A DNA stretch of 64,000 nucleotides from Candidatus Fraserbacteria bacterium (GTDB lineage: Bacteria > Bipolaricaulota > Bipolaricaulia > RBG-16-55-9 > JANLFV01): assembly GCA_037446135.1 (NCBI GenBank), contig JBBIJD010000001.1, positions 17,076 through 81,075 on the forward strand, written 5' to 3'. Position 1 is the stretch's first letter. Each line of letters begins with the position of its first letter. A program made the translations under genes and the position numbers. Shown in pieces: positions 1 to 9,580 of this stretch. The notes under the pieces were generated by a model. It was not told the origin of the DNA and searched no databases. It was given only the letters and a program-made list of their open reading frames with translations.

Positions 1-125
1 GGGACTTCTTCCTCAAGGAGCCGATCATGGTCGAGGAGGGCTACCTCCGGGTCCCCCGGGGGCCGGGGCTAGGGGTCGAAGTTGACCCGAAAGCGGTAGA
101 GGAGTATAGCAAGGGGGCTCCTTGA
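1..125 (+). CDS. 3' end of an enolase-superfamily enzyme (mandelate racemase/MLE/OSBS-like), partial
   Basis: Frame from nt 3 reads DFFLKEPIMVEEGYLRVPRGPGLGVEVDPKAVEEYSKGAP*; PxGPGLGVEVD is the typical C-terminal motif. Confidence 0.75.
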   Translation, partial: DFFLKEPIMVEEGYLRVPRGPGLGVEVDPKAVEEYSKGAP

Positions 126-141
126 TCGGTCGGGGGGAATC

Positions 142-1074
142 ATGGAAGAAGTGAAGCTTATCGTCAATCCCATAGCCGGTGGGGGGACGATCGGGAAGCA
201 CTGGCCCCGCATCCGCCGGATCTTGAGGGCCGAGGGGCTCGAATTCGAGGCCAGCCTGAGCGAGAGGAAGGGCCACGCCACTGAGCTGGCCCGTCAGGCC
301 CTGAATGGCGGCTACAAGACGGTCGTGGCCCTCGGCGGAGATGGGACGGTGAACGAGGTGATCAACGGGCTGATGGCCGAGGGGAAGGAGGCCATTGATC
401 CTGAGGTGGTCTTGGGGATCATCCCCGGGGAGAAGGGGAACGATCTCGCCCGGACCTTAGGGATACCGTTCGACTACGCCTCAGCCTGCCGGAAGCTCCT
501 GAGCGGGAAGGCGGTCCCACTCGACCTCGGAAGGGTCACCTACACCTATCATGGCCACGAAGGCCAGCGCTACTTCGTCAACATCGCCGGGCTGGGGTTC
601 GACGGGGAGGTGGTGCGGCGGGTCACTCCGAGGCTTCGGGGACTGAGCAATCCGACCGTCCGCTACTTGAGCGGCCTGCTCCTCACTCTGGCAACCTACA
701 AGAATAGAGAGGCCCGGATCGCCCTCGAAGGGGAGGAGCTCCGCCAGAGGGCTTTCAGCATCGTCGTCTGCAATGGGCGGTATTTCGGTGGAGGGATGGA
801 GATCGCCCCTCAGGCCGAGCCGGACGACGGCCTCTTCGATGTCATCGTCATCGGCGATTTCGCCAAGTGGGAGATCCTCTCAAACCTCAGCCGGGTCTAC
901 CGCGGGACCCACCTCGCTCATCCCAAGGTCAAGCTCTATCGGGCGAAAGAGATAAAGATTTGGACTGAGGCCCGAGCTGGGGAGGGGATGCTCCTCCAGG
1001 CCGACGGGGAGTTGCTCGGTGAGACCCCTGCCAACTTCGAGCTCATCCCAGGAGCGATAAAGGTGCTAATCTGA
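142..1074 (+). CDS. Diacylglycerol/lipid kinase (YegS/BmrU family)
   Basis: NPxAG, GGDGTVNEV, GNDLAR, NGRYFGGG and ADGE motifs. Confidence 0.92.
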   Translation: MEEVKLIVNPIAGGGTIGKHWPRIRRILRAEGLEFEASLSERKGHATELARQALNGGYKTVVALGGDGTVNEVINGLMAEGKEAIDPEVVLGIIPGEKGNDLARTLGIPFDYASACRKLLSGKAVPLDLGRVTYTYHGHEGQRYFVNIAGLGFDGEVVRRVTPRLRGLSNPTVRYLSGLLLTLATYKNREARIALEGEELRQRAFSIVVCNGRYFGGGMEIAPQAEPDDGLFDVIVIGDFAKWEILSNLSRVYRGTHLAHPKVKLYRAKEIKIWTEARAGEGMLLQADGELLGETPANFELIPGAIKVLI

Positions 1075-1082
1075 TCAGACCT

Positions 1083-1853
1083 TTATTCCCAAACCCCCTC
1101 GAGCCCATACTGCTCCTCGATCTTCCAGGCAACGATTTGGTCCTTCGGCGGGCTTTCGTAGCCGTAGGCCTTGCTCGGGCCCCACCCGAGCCTCCTCTTC
1201 AGCTCGATGAGGAACTCGAGATACTTGAGCGGGGCGAGGACGGCATCGATGACCGGGACGCCTAGCTCCTCCTGGAGCTGCTTGTAGAAGCCGAATTCCA
1301 TCGTGCATCCCAGGATGATCACCTCAGCCCCGTCTTGCTCGATCGCCTCCTCGGCCGCGGCCCGGAGCCGCCGGGCTGTCTCCTCCCTAGCCCTCTGGAA
1401 ATCGTGGACACCTAGCTCGACGGACTTGAAGGAGGCTAGCCGGTCTTGGAAGCCGTAGTGAAGGAGATTCTCTCGCATCTTAGGGATCCACTTCCTCCGT
1501 CCGACGATGATGGAGAAGCTATGGCCTAAGGTCGCGGCGATGTGTAGCGCCGCCTCTGCTGGAGCGGTCACGACCAGCCGCTCGGTGATCTCACGGGCCT
1601 CCCTCAACCCCGGGTCGTAGAAGCAGCCGATGATCGCCCCGTCGAAGCCCGCCCTTTCGGCCCGCTTGATCTCGTGGAGGGTGTCAGCCAGGACCAATGC
1701 CTCGTAGTAGTGATATTCGAGGTGGAGCGGGCCCCTTCCGAGCGAGCGGACCTCGATCTCCGTCTCCGGGGCCTTGGCCGTCTCGAGGAACTCCCGGATC
1801 GGGCGGTCGAAGAGGTCGGTCCCCAGGGGGTTGAGCCACAAGACTCTCTTCAT
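1083..1853 (-). CDS. Hydantoin racemase (Asp/Glu/hydantoin racemase family)
   Basis: LNP N-terminus; two catalytic Cys in IIGCFYDPG and ILGCT; GVPVID. Confidence 0.85.
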   Translation of the reverse strand: MKRVLWLNPLGTDLFDRPIREFLETAKAPETEIEVRSLGRGPLHLEYHYYEALVLADTLHEIKRAERAGFDGAIIGCFYDPGLREAREITERLVVTAPAEAALHIAATLGHSFSIIVGRRKWIPKMRENLLHYGFQDRLASFKSVELGVHDFQRAREETARRLRAAAEEAIEQDGAEVIILGCTMEFGFYKQLQEELGVPVIDAVLAPLKYLEFLIELKRRLGWGPSKAYGYESPPKDQIVAWKIEEQYGLEGVWE

Positions 1854-2833
1854 CGGGCCTCGCTCTGAGCCGGGTAGAGGTGGCAGCGGACGGGGTGGCC
1901 CTCCGCGACCTCCGTGGGCTTAGGATCGACCTTCGAGCAGATCTCCAGCTTCATCGGGCAGCGGAGGTGGAAGCTGCACCCCGGCGGGACATTCACCGGG
2001 CTGGGGATCTCGCCAGTCGAGATGATCCGCTGCGGCTTGAGGGCCTCCTCCTCTTCCGAGACGACCGGGATCGAGGAGAGGAGCATCTTCGTGTAGGGAT
2101 GGAGAGGATTCTGGAAGAACTCCACCGTCGGGGCGACCTCGCAGATCTTCCCCAGATACATGATCGCTACCCTTGAGGCCATGTTCCGCATCAGGCTCAG
2201 GTCGTGGGTGATGAAGAGGTAGGTCAAATTCAGCTCCTGCTGGAGCCGCATCAGGAGCTTGATGATCTTGGCTTGGACCGAGACATCCAATGCCGAGGTC
2301 GGCTCATCGAGGACGACAAAGGATGGGCTCGTGGCTAGGGCCCGAGCAATGGCGACCATCTGCTTCTCCCCCCCACCGATCGCCTGGGGATATTTATAGA
2401 GATAATCGATGGGTAGCTCGACCATCTCGAGGAGCCTTGCGACCTGCTCGGTCCGGGCCATATTCCGCGAGAGGCCGTGGACCTTCAAGGGGAGCTCAAT
2501 GATCTGCTTGATCGTCCGTCGGGGATTGAGCGAGGAGCCTGGGTCCTGGAAGACTATTTGGATCTCCTTCTTCAGGGGTTTAGGCCTCTTCCTGGCCTCC
2601 TTGCTGATATCCTGACCGCGGAAGAGGATCTGCCCCGAGGTCGGGGGGTAAATCCCCATGATCACATAGGCCACGGTGCTCTTCCCCGAGCCGGACTCCC
2701 CCACCAGTCCAAGAGTCTCGCCCTCTTTGATGGTGAAACTCACGCCATCGACGGCCCGGACCGTCCCCCGACTGGTGCGGAAGTATTTCTTCAGGTCGTT
2801 GACCTTCAATATCTCTTCTGCCAATGTGGTCAC
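1850..2833 (-). CDS. Oligopeptide/dipeptide ABC ATPase (OppF/DppF-like)
   Basis: [20 protein letters not shown], and [11 protein letters not shown]ys tail. Confidence 0.93.
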   Translation of the reverse strand: MTTLAEEILKVNDLKKYFRTSRGTVRAVDGVSFTIKEGETLGLVGESGSGKSTVAYVIMGIYPPTSGQILFRGQDISKEARKRPKPLKKEIQIVFQDPGSSLNPRRTIKQIIELPLKVHGLSRNMARTEQVARLLEMVELPIDYLYKYPQAIGGGEKQMVAIARALATSPSFVVLDEPTSALDVSVQAKIIKLLMRLQQELNLTYLFITHDLSLMRNMASRVAIMYLGKICEVAPTVEFFQNPLHPYTKMLLSSIPVVSEEEEALKPQRIISTGEIPSPVNVPPGCSFHLRCPMKLEICSKVDPKPTEVAEGHPVRCHLYPAQSEAR

Positions 2834-3807
2834 CCCTCGTATAGGTAGCAGGCGACCTGATGGTCGTCGCCCCTGGAGAAGAATGGTGGCTGCTCCTGGC
2901 TACAGATGGGTATCGCGTGGGGGCAGCGGGGATGGAAGCGACACCCCGGTGGAGGATTCAGATAATCGGGGATCCTCCCGGGGATCCCCTCGGCGATCCC
3001 CTCCCCGGTCAGCTTGGGGACGGCCTTCATCAGGAGTCTGGTATAAGGGTGGAGGGGGTTGGCGAAGATCTCCTTCGTCTTTGCGGCCTCGACCATCCCT
3101 CCGGCATACATCACATAGACCCGATCGGTCCACTCCCGCACGACCCCCAAGGAGTGGGTGATCAAGATCGTCGAGGCCTCCTTCTCCTGGACCAGGTTCC
3201 CCAGCAAGCGGAGGACCTGGGCCTGAATGGTCACATCGAGCGAGGTCGTCGGCTCATCGGCGATCAGGAGCTCTGACTCCGTGGCGATGGCCATAGCGAT
3301 GCAGATCCGCTGCCGCATCCCCCCACTCAACTGGATGGGGTAGCACTCTAAGATCCGCTCCGGATCGGGAAGGGCGACATCTTTGAGGGCCTGGATCGCC
3401 CGGGCTCGGATCTCCCTCTTCGAGAGGGCACCCTGAGAATTAGAGTAGCGGATCGCGTCCATCAGTTGCTCACCGATGGTGAAGACCGGATTGAGCGCGG
3501 CTGTAGGGTCCTGGAAGATCATCGAGATCCCTTGGCCCTGGACTCGGCGGACCTCCTTCGGGCCCATCTTGAGGATGTCCTCCCCGCGGAAGAGGATCTC
3601 ACCTTTCGAGATCCTTGCCGGGGGTGAAGGGAGGATCCGCAGGGTCGACTTAGCCGTGGTCGTCTTCCCGCAGCCGGTCTCGCCGACGAGCCCGACCTTC
3701 TCTCCCTCGCGCACCGTCAGGTCGACCCCATTGAGGACCTTCAGGGTCCCGCCGTAGACCTCGAACCCGATGTGCAGGTCCCGGATCGCCAGTAGCTCGC
3801 CGGCCAT
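2830..3807 (-). CDS. Oligopeptide/dipeptide ABC ATPase (OppD/DppD-like)
   Basis: [34 protein letters not shown]. Confidence 0.93.
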   Translation of the reverse strand: MAGELLAIRDLHIGFEVYGGTLKVLNGVDLTVREGEKVGLVGETGCGKTTTAKSTLRILPSPPARISKGEILFRGEDILKMGPKEVRRVQGQGISMIFQDPTAALNPVFTIGEQLMDAIRYSNSQGALSKREIRARAIQALKDVALPDPERILECYPIQLSGGMRQRICIAMAIATESELLIADEPTTSLDVTIQAQVLRLLGNLVQEKEASTILITHSLGVVREWTDRVYVMYAGGMVEAAKTKEIFANPLHPYTRLLMKAVPKLTGEGIAEGIPGRIPDYLNPPPGCRFHPRCPHAIPICSQEQPPFFSRGDDHQVACYLYEG

Positions 3808-3808
3808 C

Positions 3809-4693
3809 CTAGACTTCCTCCACCTCGAGCATATCCCTGATCCCGTCCCCGAGGAGGTTGAACCCCAAGACGACGATCATGATCGCCAGCGCGGGGAAGA
3901 CGGCGATCCACCACTGGTCGGGCATGTATTTCGCCCCGTCGGCGAGCATCGTCCCCAGGTCTGGTGTCGGGGGCTGAGCCCCGAGCCCGACGAAGCTCAA
4001 GGCCGAGCCGATGAGGATGACCCAGCCCATATCGAGGCTCATCTTGGTGAAGATCGGGGCATAGCAGTTCGGGAGGATCTCCCGGAAGAGGATATGCCAG
4101 CGCGAGGCCCCGGTCACCTCGGCGGCCTGGACGAAGAACTCATTCCGGAGAGAGGAGGCGATCCCATAGACCATCCGGCAATACCAGGGCCACCACATCA
4201 GCGAGACGGCCATCATCGCGTTGAAGACGCTCGGAGTGAGGACGGAGCAGACCGCGAGGGCTAGGACTAGTGGCGGGACCGCGACGAAGATATCGGTAAT
4301 GCGCATGATGAGGGTATCCGCCCAAGTCCCCTTCAAGTAGCCGGCCAAAAGGCCGAGCGTGACCCCCGGAGGGACGACGAGGGCGAGGACGACCACGCCC
4401 ATCATGAGGGAGAACCTGTAGCCGAAGAAGATCCGGCTGAGGACATCCCTCCCGAAGACATCGGTCCCGAGGAGGTGCTTCAAGCTCGGGGGCTTGCTCG
4501 CTTCGGAGAAGTTGACATACCCCCCCGCGTGCTTGGGATAGGGAGAGATGAATGGGGCGAAGGCGGCGACGAACCCGATCAAGAGGACGGTCACGAGCCC
4601 GAGGATCGAGAGAGGATTCCGTGAGAACTTATACCAGAGGCGCTTAGCCTTCTCCCACCGGCGCGACAGGGCCGCACTCCGAGCTAGTTCCAT
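3809..4693 (-). CDS. Peptide/nickel ABC permease (OppC/DppC-like)
   Basis: HLLGTDVFGRD, EAA-like loop, SFVGLG..PP, FNLLGDGIRD. Confidence 0.93.
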   Translation of the reverse strand: MELARSAALSRRWEKAKRLWYKFSRNPLSILGLVTVLLIGFVAAFAPFISPYPKHAGGYVNFSEASKPPSLKHLLGTDVFGRDVLSRIFFGYRFSLMMGVVVLALVVPPGVTLGLLAGYLKGTWADTLIMRITDIFVAVPPLVLALAVCSVLTPSVFNAMMAVSLMWWPWYCRMVYGIASSLRNEFFVQAAEVTGASRWHILFREILPNCYAPIFTKMSLDMGWVILIGSALSFVGLGAQPPTPDLGTMLADGAKYMPDQWWIAVFPALAIMIVVLGFNLLGDGIRDMLEVEEV

Positions 4694-4698
4694 CTCGC

Positions 4699-5727
4699 TT
4701 ATTTCGCCCTCTCTGCCCCGAGCCTGATCCGCGGATCGAGCCAGGAGACGACCAGGTCGACGATGATATTCACGATGATAAAGATGACCCCGAAGATCAT
4801 GATCACGGCCACGATGGCATTGAGGTCCTTGGTGAGCATCGCGTGGATCCCGTAGCGGGACATCCCCGGCCAGTTGAAGATCATCTCCACGAGGAAGGCA
4901 TTCCCCAGGAGAGAGGCGAAGTCCAGCCCCAAGATCGAGACGGTCGGGATGAGCGAGAGCTTCAAGAGATACTTGGACATGATCACCCTCTCGGGGATGG
5001 CCTGTGATCTCTCCAGAGCGATGAAGTCCCGTTGGAGGTTCTCAGTGATGCTCGCGCGGGTGATCCTCGCCTCTTGGGAGAGGCCGCCCAGGGCCAGTGC
5101 GACCCCCGGCATGAGCAAGTGCTTCAGGGCATCGAGGAAGGCGGTGAAGTTCCCGGCAAGGAGGCTGTCGACCGTCACCAGCCCGGTCCGGGGCGGTGGG
5201 GGCGGGATGCCGGGGCTGAGCCGGCCTGTGGTCGGGAGGAGGTTCAAGACATAGCCGAAGAGGAGCAAGAAGAGGATAGCAAAGACGAATGAGGGGGTCA
5301 CGACCCCCATGTAAGTGAGCACTCTTACGGAGTTATCGACCCAGCTATTCGCATAGCGGGCCGAGATCACCCCCAAGACTATGCCGAAGAGGCCCATGAT
5401 GATCCCGGAAAAGAGGGCTAGCTCCATCGTGGCGGGGAAGAACTCCCCGATATCCCGGCTCACATCCCTCCGGGTGAAGATGGAGAGCCCGAACTTCCCC
5501 CGGAGGGCGTCCCGGAGCCAGTAGTAATACTGGACATAGAGGGGCTTATCCAGGTGCATCTCCGCCCGGAACCGCTCGACCACCCACTCCGGGGCCCTGG
5601 GGCCCATGGCCATCCGCGCCGGATCCCCCGGCATCACCCGAGCGATGAGGAAGACCAGGATCGAGAGGCCCAACAGGACGAAGATCGAGTAGCCCAGCCG
5701 CCGCGCGAGGAAGATCAGGAGTCTCAT
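4699..5727 (-). CDS. Peptide/nickel ABC permease (OppB/DppB-like)
   Basis: PGDPA, LDKPLYVQY, FPATMEL, EMIFNWPG, LDPRIR. Confidence 0.93.
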   Translation of the reverse strand: MRLLIFLARRLGYSIFVLLGLSILVFLIARVMPGDPARMAMGPRAPEWVVERFRAEMHLDKPLYVQYYYWLRDALRGKFGLSIFTRRDVSRDIGEFFPATMELALFSGIIMGLFGIVLGVISARYANSWVDNSVRVLTYMGVVTPSFVFAILFLLLFGYVLNLLPTTGRLSPGIPPPPPRTGLVTVDSLLAGNFTAFLDALKHLLMPGVALALGGLSQEARITRASITENLQRDFIALERSQAIPERVIMSKYLLKLSLIPTVSILGLDFASLLGNAFLVEMIFNWPGMSRYGIHAMLTKDLNAIVAVIMIFGVIFIIVNIIVDLVVSWLDPRIRLGAERAK

Positions 5728-5738
5728 CGCCTGCTCCA

Positions 5739-5774
5739 GCTAGGGGAGAGGGGGGAGCTCCCCTCTCCCCTAGC
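5739..5774 (-). terminator. Stem-loop between SBP and permease genes (partial terminator or mRNA stabiliser)
   Basis: Inverted repeat GCTAGGGGAGAGGGG...CCCCTCTCCCCTAGC. Confidence 0.65.
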
Positions 5775-5785
5775 CTCTTTCTGCC

Positions 5786-7411
5786 CTACTTGAGGATCTG
5801 GATCTGCCGAGCATCGAAGTCGTAGCCCATCACGGGGTTGACGATCCCCTTGGCCGCCGGCCAGTCGATATAAGTCTGGTAGGCATGCCGCTCGAGGTGA
5901 TCGAAGAGGAAGAGCGAGGGGCAGAGCTCCATGATCCGCTCCTGGATCGCCCCATACTTGGCGAATCGCTCCTCCCGATCGATCGTGGCGATCGCGTCGT
6001 CGATCATCGCATCGAGTTCGGGATCGAGGAGCCATTCGTTCTGCTCCCAGGTCTTGGCCGACTCCGAATGGTAGCGGGACTTGAGGATCGACCCGGCCTC
6101 GGGGTAGTGCGGGGCGACGAAGACGCTGACGATGTTCGGGCTCGCCTCCATGCTGGCCATCTCCTCGACGACGGAGAGCCAGGGGACCTTGACGACCTTC
6201 ACTTTGATCCCGATCTCTTCCATGTTCGCGAGGAAGAGGAGGGCCACCTTCTCCTCGTCGGGGACCTCAGCGATCCAGTGGTATTCGACCGGATACTGGT
6301 CGAGCTGGCCGAAGTATTTGGACTGCTGGAGCTCCTCCCGGGCCTTCGCCAGATCCCGATGGTATTGGAAGACATCCTTATGGCCTGGGAGGGTTGCGGC
6401 GACCGGGCCGATCATCTGGGGCGAGCCGGGGAAGATCTGCTTCACGACCGTCTCGTAGTCGAAGGCCCAGGCCAGCGCCTTCCGGAAGTGGAGGTCGTCA
6501 GTCGGGGCCTTCCTGGTGTGGACCATGAGGTAGAAGCTCGTCCCGGTCAGGAAGCCGGCCACATCGACCCCCTCCATGGCATCGAGGGCCTGGAACGCCT
6601 CCAGTGACTGCCACTGGTCGGAGATCTCCAACTCCTGGCGGGCCATCAGGGTCCTGATGGTCACCGGCTCGGTCGTGAGGTAGAACTTCAGCTCATCGGC
6701 CGCCTTCGGCTTGACCTTGAGCAGCTCGTCGACATTGGGGAGCGTCTGGGCCCAGTAGCCCTCGAACCGCTCCATCAGGGCATACTCCTCGGCCCGGACT
6801 TCCTTGATCTTGTAGGGCCCGGAGCCGCAGTCGGCGGTCAGGAGGTAGGCCTTCCCGTAGTCCCCGAACGCCCCGTAAGGCCCGGGGGTCTTGATGTTGG
6901 CCATCACACAATCCTTGTTCAGGATGTAGAGCCTTGTCAGGTTGATCAGGAACGGCCCGAATGGCTTGGAGAGGACCATGTTGATCGTGTAGGGGCCGAC
7001 GACTTGCGGGGTGATCCCCTGGAAGAGGTAGGCATAGCCCTCCCCGATCGTGGTCAACCGCTCGAGGCTGAAGGCCACATCCTCAGCGGTCAGTTCTTTC
7101 CCATCATGGAACTTGATCCCCTGCCGCAGGTAGAAGGTCCAGGTCAGCCCGTCCGGCGAGACAGTCCACCGCTCGGCGACCGCGGGGACCACATCTCCGG
7201 CCGGGGTGGGATAGACCAAGCTATCGTAGACATTGGCGAAGGTGGTCGAAGCGACGAAGTCCGACCCGACCGCCGGATCGGTATACAGCGGCGGGGCGAA
7301 GGAGACCCGCAGAGCGCGCTTCGCCTCACCGGTCCCGAGCGAGGCCAGCCCGAGCGCTAACCCCAAGGCCAGCATCACGATCAGCAGAACTCTGCTCCAC
7401 TTCATCTTCAA
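5786..7411 (-). CDS. Family 5 ABC substrate-binding protein (OppA/DppA-like)
   Basis: Signal peptide; AERWTVSPDGLTWTFYLRQGIKFHDG family-5 signature; GSGPYK. Confidence 0.93.
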   Translation of the reverse strand: MKMKWSRVLLIVMLALGLALGLASLGTGEAKRALRVSFAPPLYTDPAVGSDFVASTTFANVYDSLVYPTPAGDVVPAVAERWTVSPDGLTWTFYLRQGIKFHDGKELTAEDVAFSLERLTTIGEGYAYLFQGITPQVVGPYTINMVLSKPFGPFLINLTRLYILNKDCVMANIKTPGPYGAFGDYGKAYLLTADCGSGPYKIKEVRAEEYALMERFEGYWAQTLPNVDELLKVKPKAADELKFYLTTEPVTIRTLMARQELEISDQWQSLEAFQALDAMEGVDVAGFLTGTSFYLMVHTRKAPTDDLHFRKALAWAFDYETVVKQIFPGSPQMIGPVAATLPGHKDVFQYHRDLAKAREELQQSKYFGQLDQYPVEYHWIAEVPDEEKVALLFLANMEEIGIKVKVVKVPWLSVVEEMASMEASPNIVSVFVAPHYPEAGSILKSRYHSESAKTWEQNEWLLDPELDAMIDDAIATIDREERFAKYGAIQERIMELCPSLFLFDHLERHAYQTYIDWPAAKGIVNPVMGYDFDARQIQILK

Positions 7412-7506
7412 AATCCCCTCCTTTCAGTTTTTATCAGCCTCCTTCTTCCCTTACCTCATCTCACCATATCTCACCCCCCTTCCGTAGGGCTCGCCCCTGC
7501 TTTCTT

Positions 7507-7842
7507 TCACAGCGTCACCGCCGGGGCGATCACCCAGATCACTCGCGCCTCGGCCCGGCTCCGGTTCTCGCTATAGTGGCGAGTGCCGGGCTCGAGCAGG
7601 ATCAGCTCGCCGCTCTTGACGACCCGTTCACCCTCTTCAGTCCCGAGGATCAGTTCCCCGGAGAGCATCAGCGAGAGCTCCGCCCCCTCGTGAGAGGTGA
7701 ATCCCTCCTCGGGGAGGCGCTGGCCGGGCTTGAAGGTGCAGATCCCGGCCATAAGCTCACGGCAATCTTCAGCAGAGACGAGCGTGATGGCCTTCCCTAC
7801 GGAGCCGGCCCAGAGGCTATTCTCCAGCTTGATCGCGCGCAT
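7507..7842 (-). CDS. Cupin domain protein
   Basis: H..AELSLMLSGEL and GELILLEPGTRH cupin motifs. Confidence 0.85.
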   Translation of the reverse strand: MRAIKLENSLWAGSVGKAITLVSAEDCRELMAGICTFKPGQRLPEEGFTSHEGAELSLMLSGELILGTEEGERVVKSGELILLEPGTRHYSENRSRAEARVIWVIAPAVTL

Positions 7843-7843
7843 C

Positions 7844-9580
7844 CTAACCTCCGCGGAGGCGGCGGGTCTCGGCCTCCTTGATCGTCATCTTCTTCGGGTC
7901 GATCGCCACACCGTAGATCTCCCGCGCCTCTTTTAGAGTGATGTATCCATCGAGGACATCGTTGAGGACCAGCTCAGGGTCCCGCTCCTTGGGGTTGCCA
8001 TAGCCCCCGCCGCTCCCACTGATGAATCGGACGACATCATCTCGCTTGAGGGGGCGGACGGAGATCCGACTGAACCGCTTCGGCCGCCCGCCCTTGGGGA
8101 TGAGGACCATGTAGTTCGGGGTCCCATCCATCCCGCCGTTGATCCCCCAGGCGGGGAACTTGGATCGCCCGAAGCTCCCGGTCACGAGGATCTTGGAGTT
8201 GGCCGCGCGGTAGTCCTTGACCAGCCCGAACCCGCCGCGATACTTCCCGTGGCCGGCCCCAGAGGTGTTCAGGGCGAACTGGTCCACGATGATCGGGTAA
8301 CGGGTCTCAGCGACCTCGATCGAGAGGACATAGGTATCGCCATCGCCGCTGCAGACCAGGCCGTTCTCCCCGTCCTTCCCCTCGCCTGCGCCCCAGCCTC
8401 CGGCGTTCGGCTCAGCGAAGATGAACTGCTCTCCAGTCTCATCGGAGATCCCGCTCACATTCGTGGCGCAGACGCTCAGGAAGTGGCCGGCAGTGATCCT
8501 GTCGGGGACGGCCTCCGCGAGGGCCTTCCAGACGAGGTCGGTGGCGTAGCTCATCGACTCCCAGTAGGTGCTCACTGGGGCCGGCCGCTTAGGATTGAAG
8601 ATCGTGTCCTCGGGGATGATCACCTTCAGTGGGGAGAAGAAGCCGTCATTGGGGTGGGCATGTGGGCCGACGACCGCCTTATAAGCGGTCTTGCAAGCGC
8701 TATAAGTCGCGGAGCGGGGGCTATTGATCGGCCCGGGACAGGTCTTGCTCGAGCCGGTAAAGTCGATGATGAACTCCTCGTCGGTGATCGTGACCTTGAC
8801 CTTTACCAGGACCGGATCGCCGCCGAGGCCATCGTCGTCGATGTATTCCTCAGCGGTGAATTCCCCCTTCGGGAGGGCCCTTAGCTCCGCGAGGGCCTCC
8901 TGCCGCCCCTGCTCCATGCAGGCCTCAACCGCTTGGAGGACCGTCTCGAGGCCGTATTTATCGCAGACCTCCTGGACCCGCCGTGCGGCCACTTTCATCG
9001 AGGCCGCCTGGGCCCGCATGTCCCCCAGGGTCATCTCCGGGGTCCGGACATTCCGCTCGAGGATCTCCACGATGTCCCGGACCTCTTGGCCCCGCTCGTA
9101 GAGCTTGACCGCGGGGAACTGGATCCCCTCCTGATAGATCTCCGTAGCATCGGCTGACCAACTCCCGGGGTCTTTCCCCCCGACATCGTTCCAGTGGGCC
9201 TTGCTCGCGGTGAACATGATCAACTGGCCGCGGTAGAAGATCGGCATCACTAACACTACATCGTTCTGATGGGTCGCACCGCCCATGTAAGGGTCATTAA
9301 TGATGATGGTGTCCCCCTCGTATAGCCCCTCCTTCCCGAACTTCCTGAGCGTCTCCGTCACAGCGTCGGTGAGGACCCCAATGAAGCCGGGGACACCATT
9401 GGCCTGGGCGATCATCCTCCCCCGCTCGTCAGTGATGGCGCAGCCATAGTCCAGGACCTCGTAGATGACGGAGCTCTTGCTTGTCCGCCCTAAGGCCACG
9501 AACATCTGCTCCGCCGCGGAGATGAGGGCCCGCTTGATGACTTCAACAGTGAAGGGATCGACCTTGGTGATCGCCATCAT
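7844..9580 (-). CDS. Hydantoinase B / 5-oxoprolinase family subunit
   Basis: NDPY.GATHQND, KAHWNDVGG..PGS, IYQEG, GKYRGG, GGGYGNP. Confidence 0.93.
   Translation of the reverse strand: MMAITKVDPFTVEVIKRALISAAEQMFVALGRTSKSSVIYEVLDYGCAITDERGRMIAQANGVPGFIGVLTDAVTETLRKFGKEGLYEGDTIIINDPYMGGATHQNDVVLVMPIFYRGQLIMFTASKAHWNDVGGKDPGSWSADATEIYQEGIQFPAVKLYERGQEVRDIVEILERNVRTPEMTLGDMRAQAASMKVAARRVQEVCDKYGLETVLQAVEACMEQGRQEALAELRALPKGEFTAEEYIDDDGLGGDPVLVKVKVTITDEEFIIDFTGSSKTCPGPINSPRSATYSACKTAYKAVVGPHAHPNDGFFSPLKVIIPEDTIFNPKRPAPVSTYWESMSYATDLVWKALAEAVPDRITAGHFLSVCATNVSGISDETGEQFIFAEPNAGGWGAGEGKDGENGLVCSGDGDTYVLSIEVAETRYPIIVDQFALNTSGAGHGKYRGGFGLVKDYRAANSKILVTGSFGRSKFPAWGINGGMDGTPNYMVLIPKGGRPKRFSRISVRPLKRDDVVRFISGSGGGYGNPKERDPELVLNDVLDGYITLKEAREIYGVAIDPKKMTIKEAETRRLRGG

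Noticed and set aside
7412..7506. Mini-ORFs (MVR*, MR*) with SD-like runs upstream of the SBP gene as a leader peptide
   Set aside because: Only 2-3 codons long with no attenuator structure; purine-rich spacers yield such matches by chance
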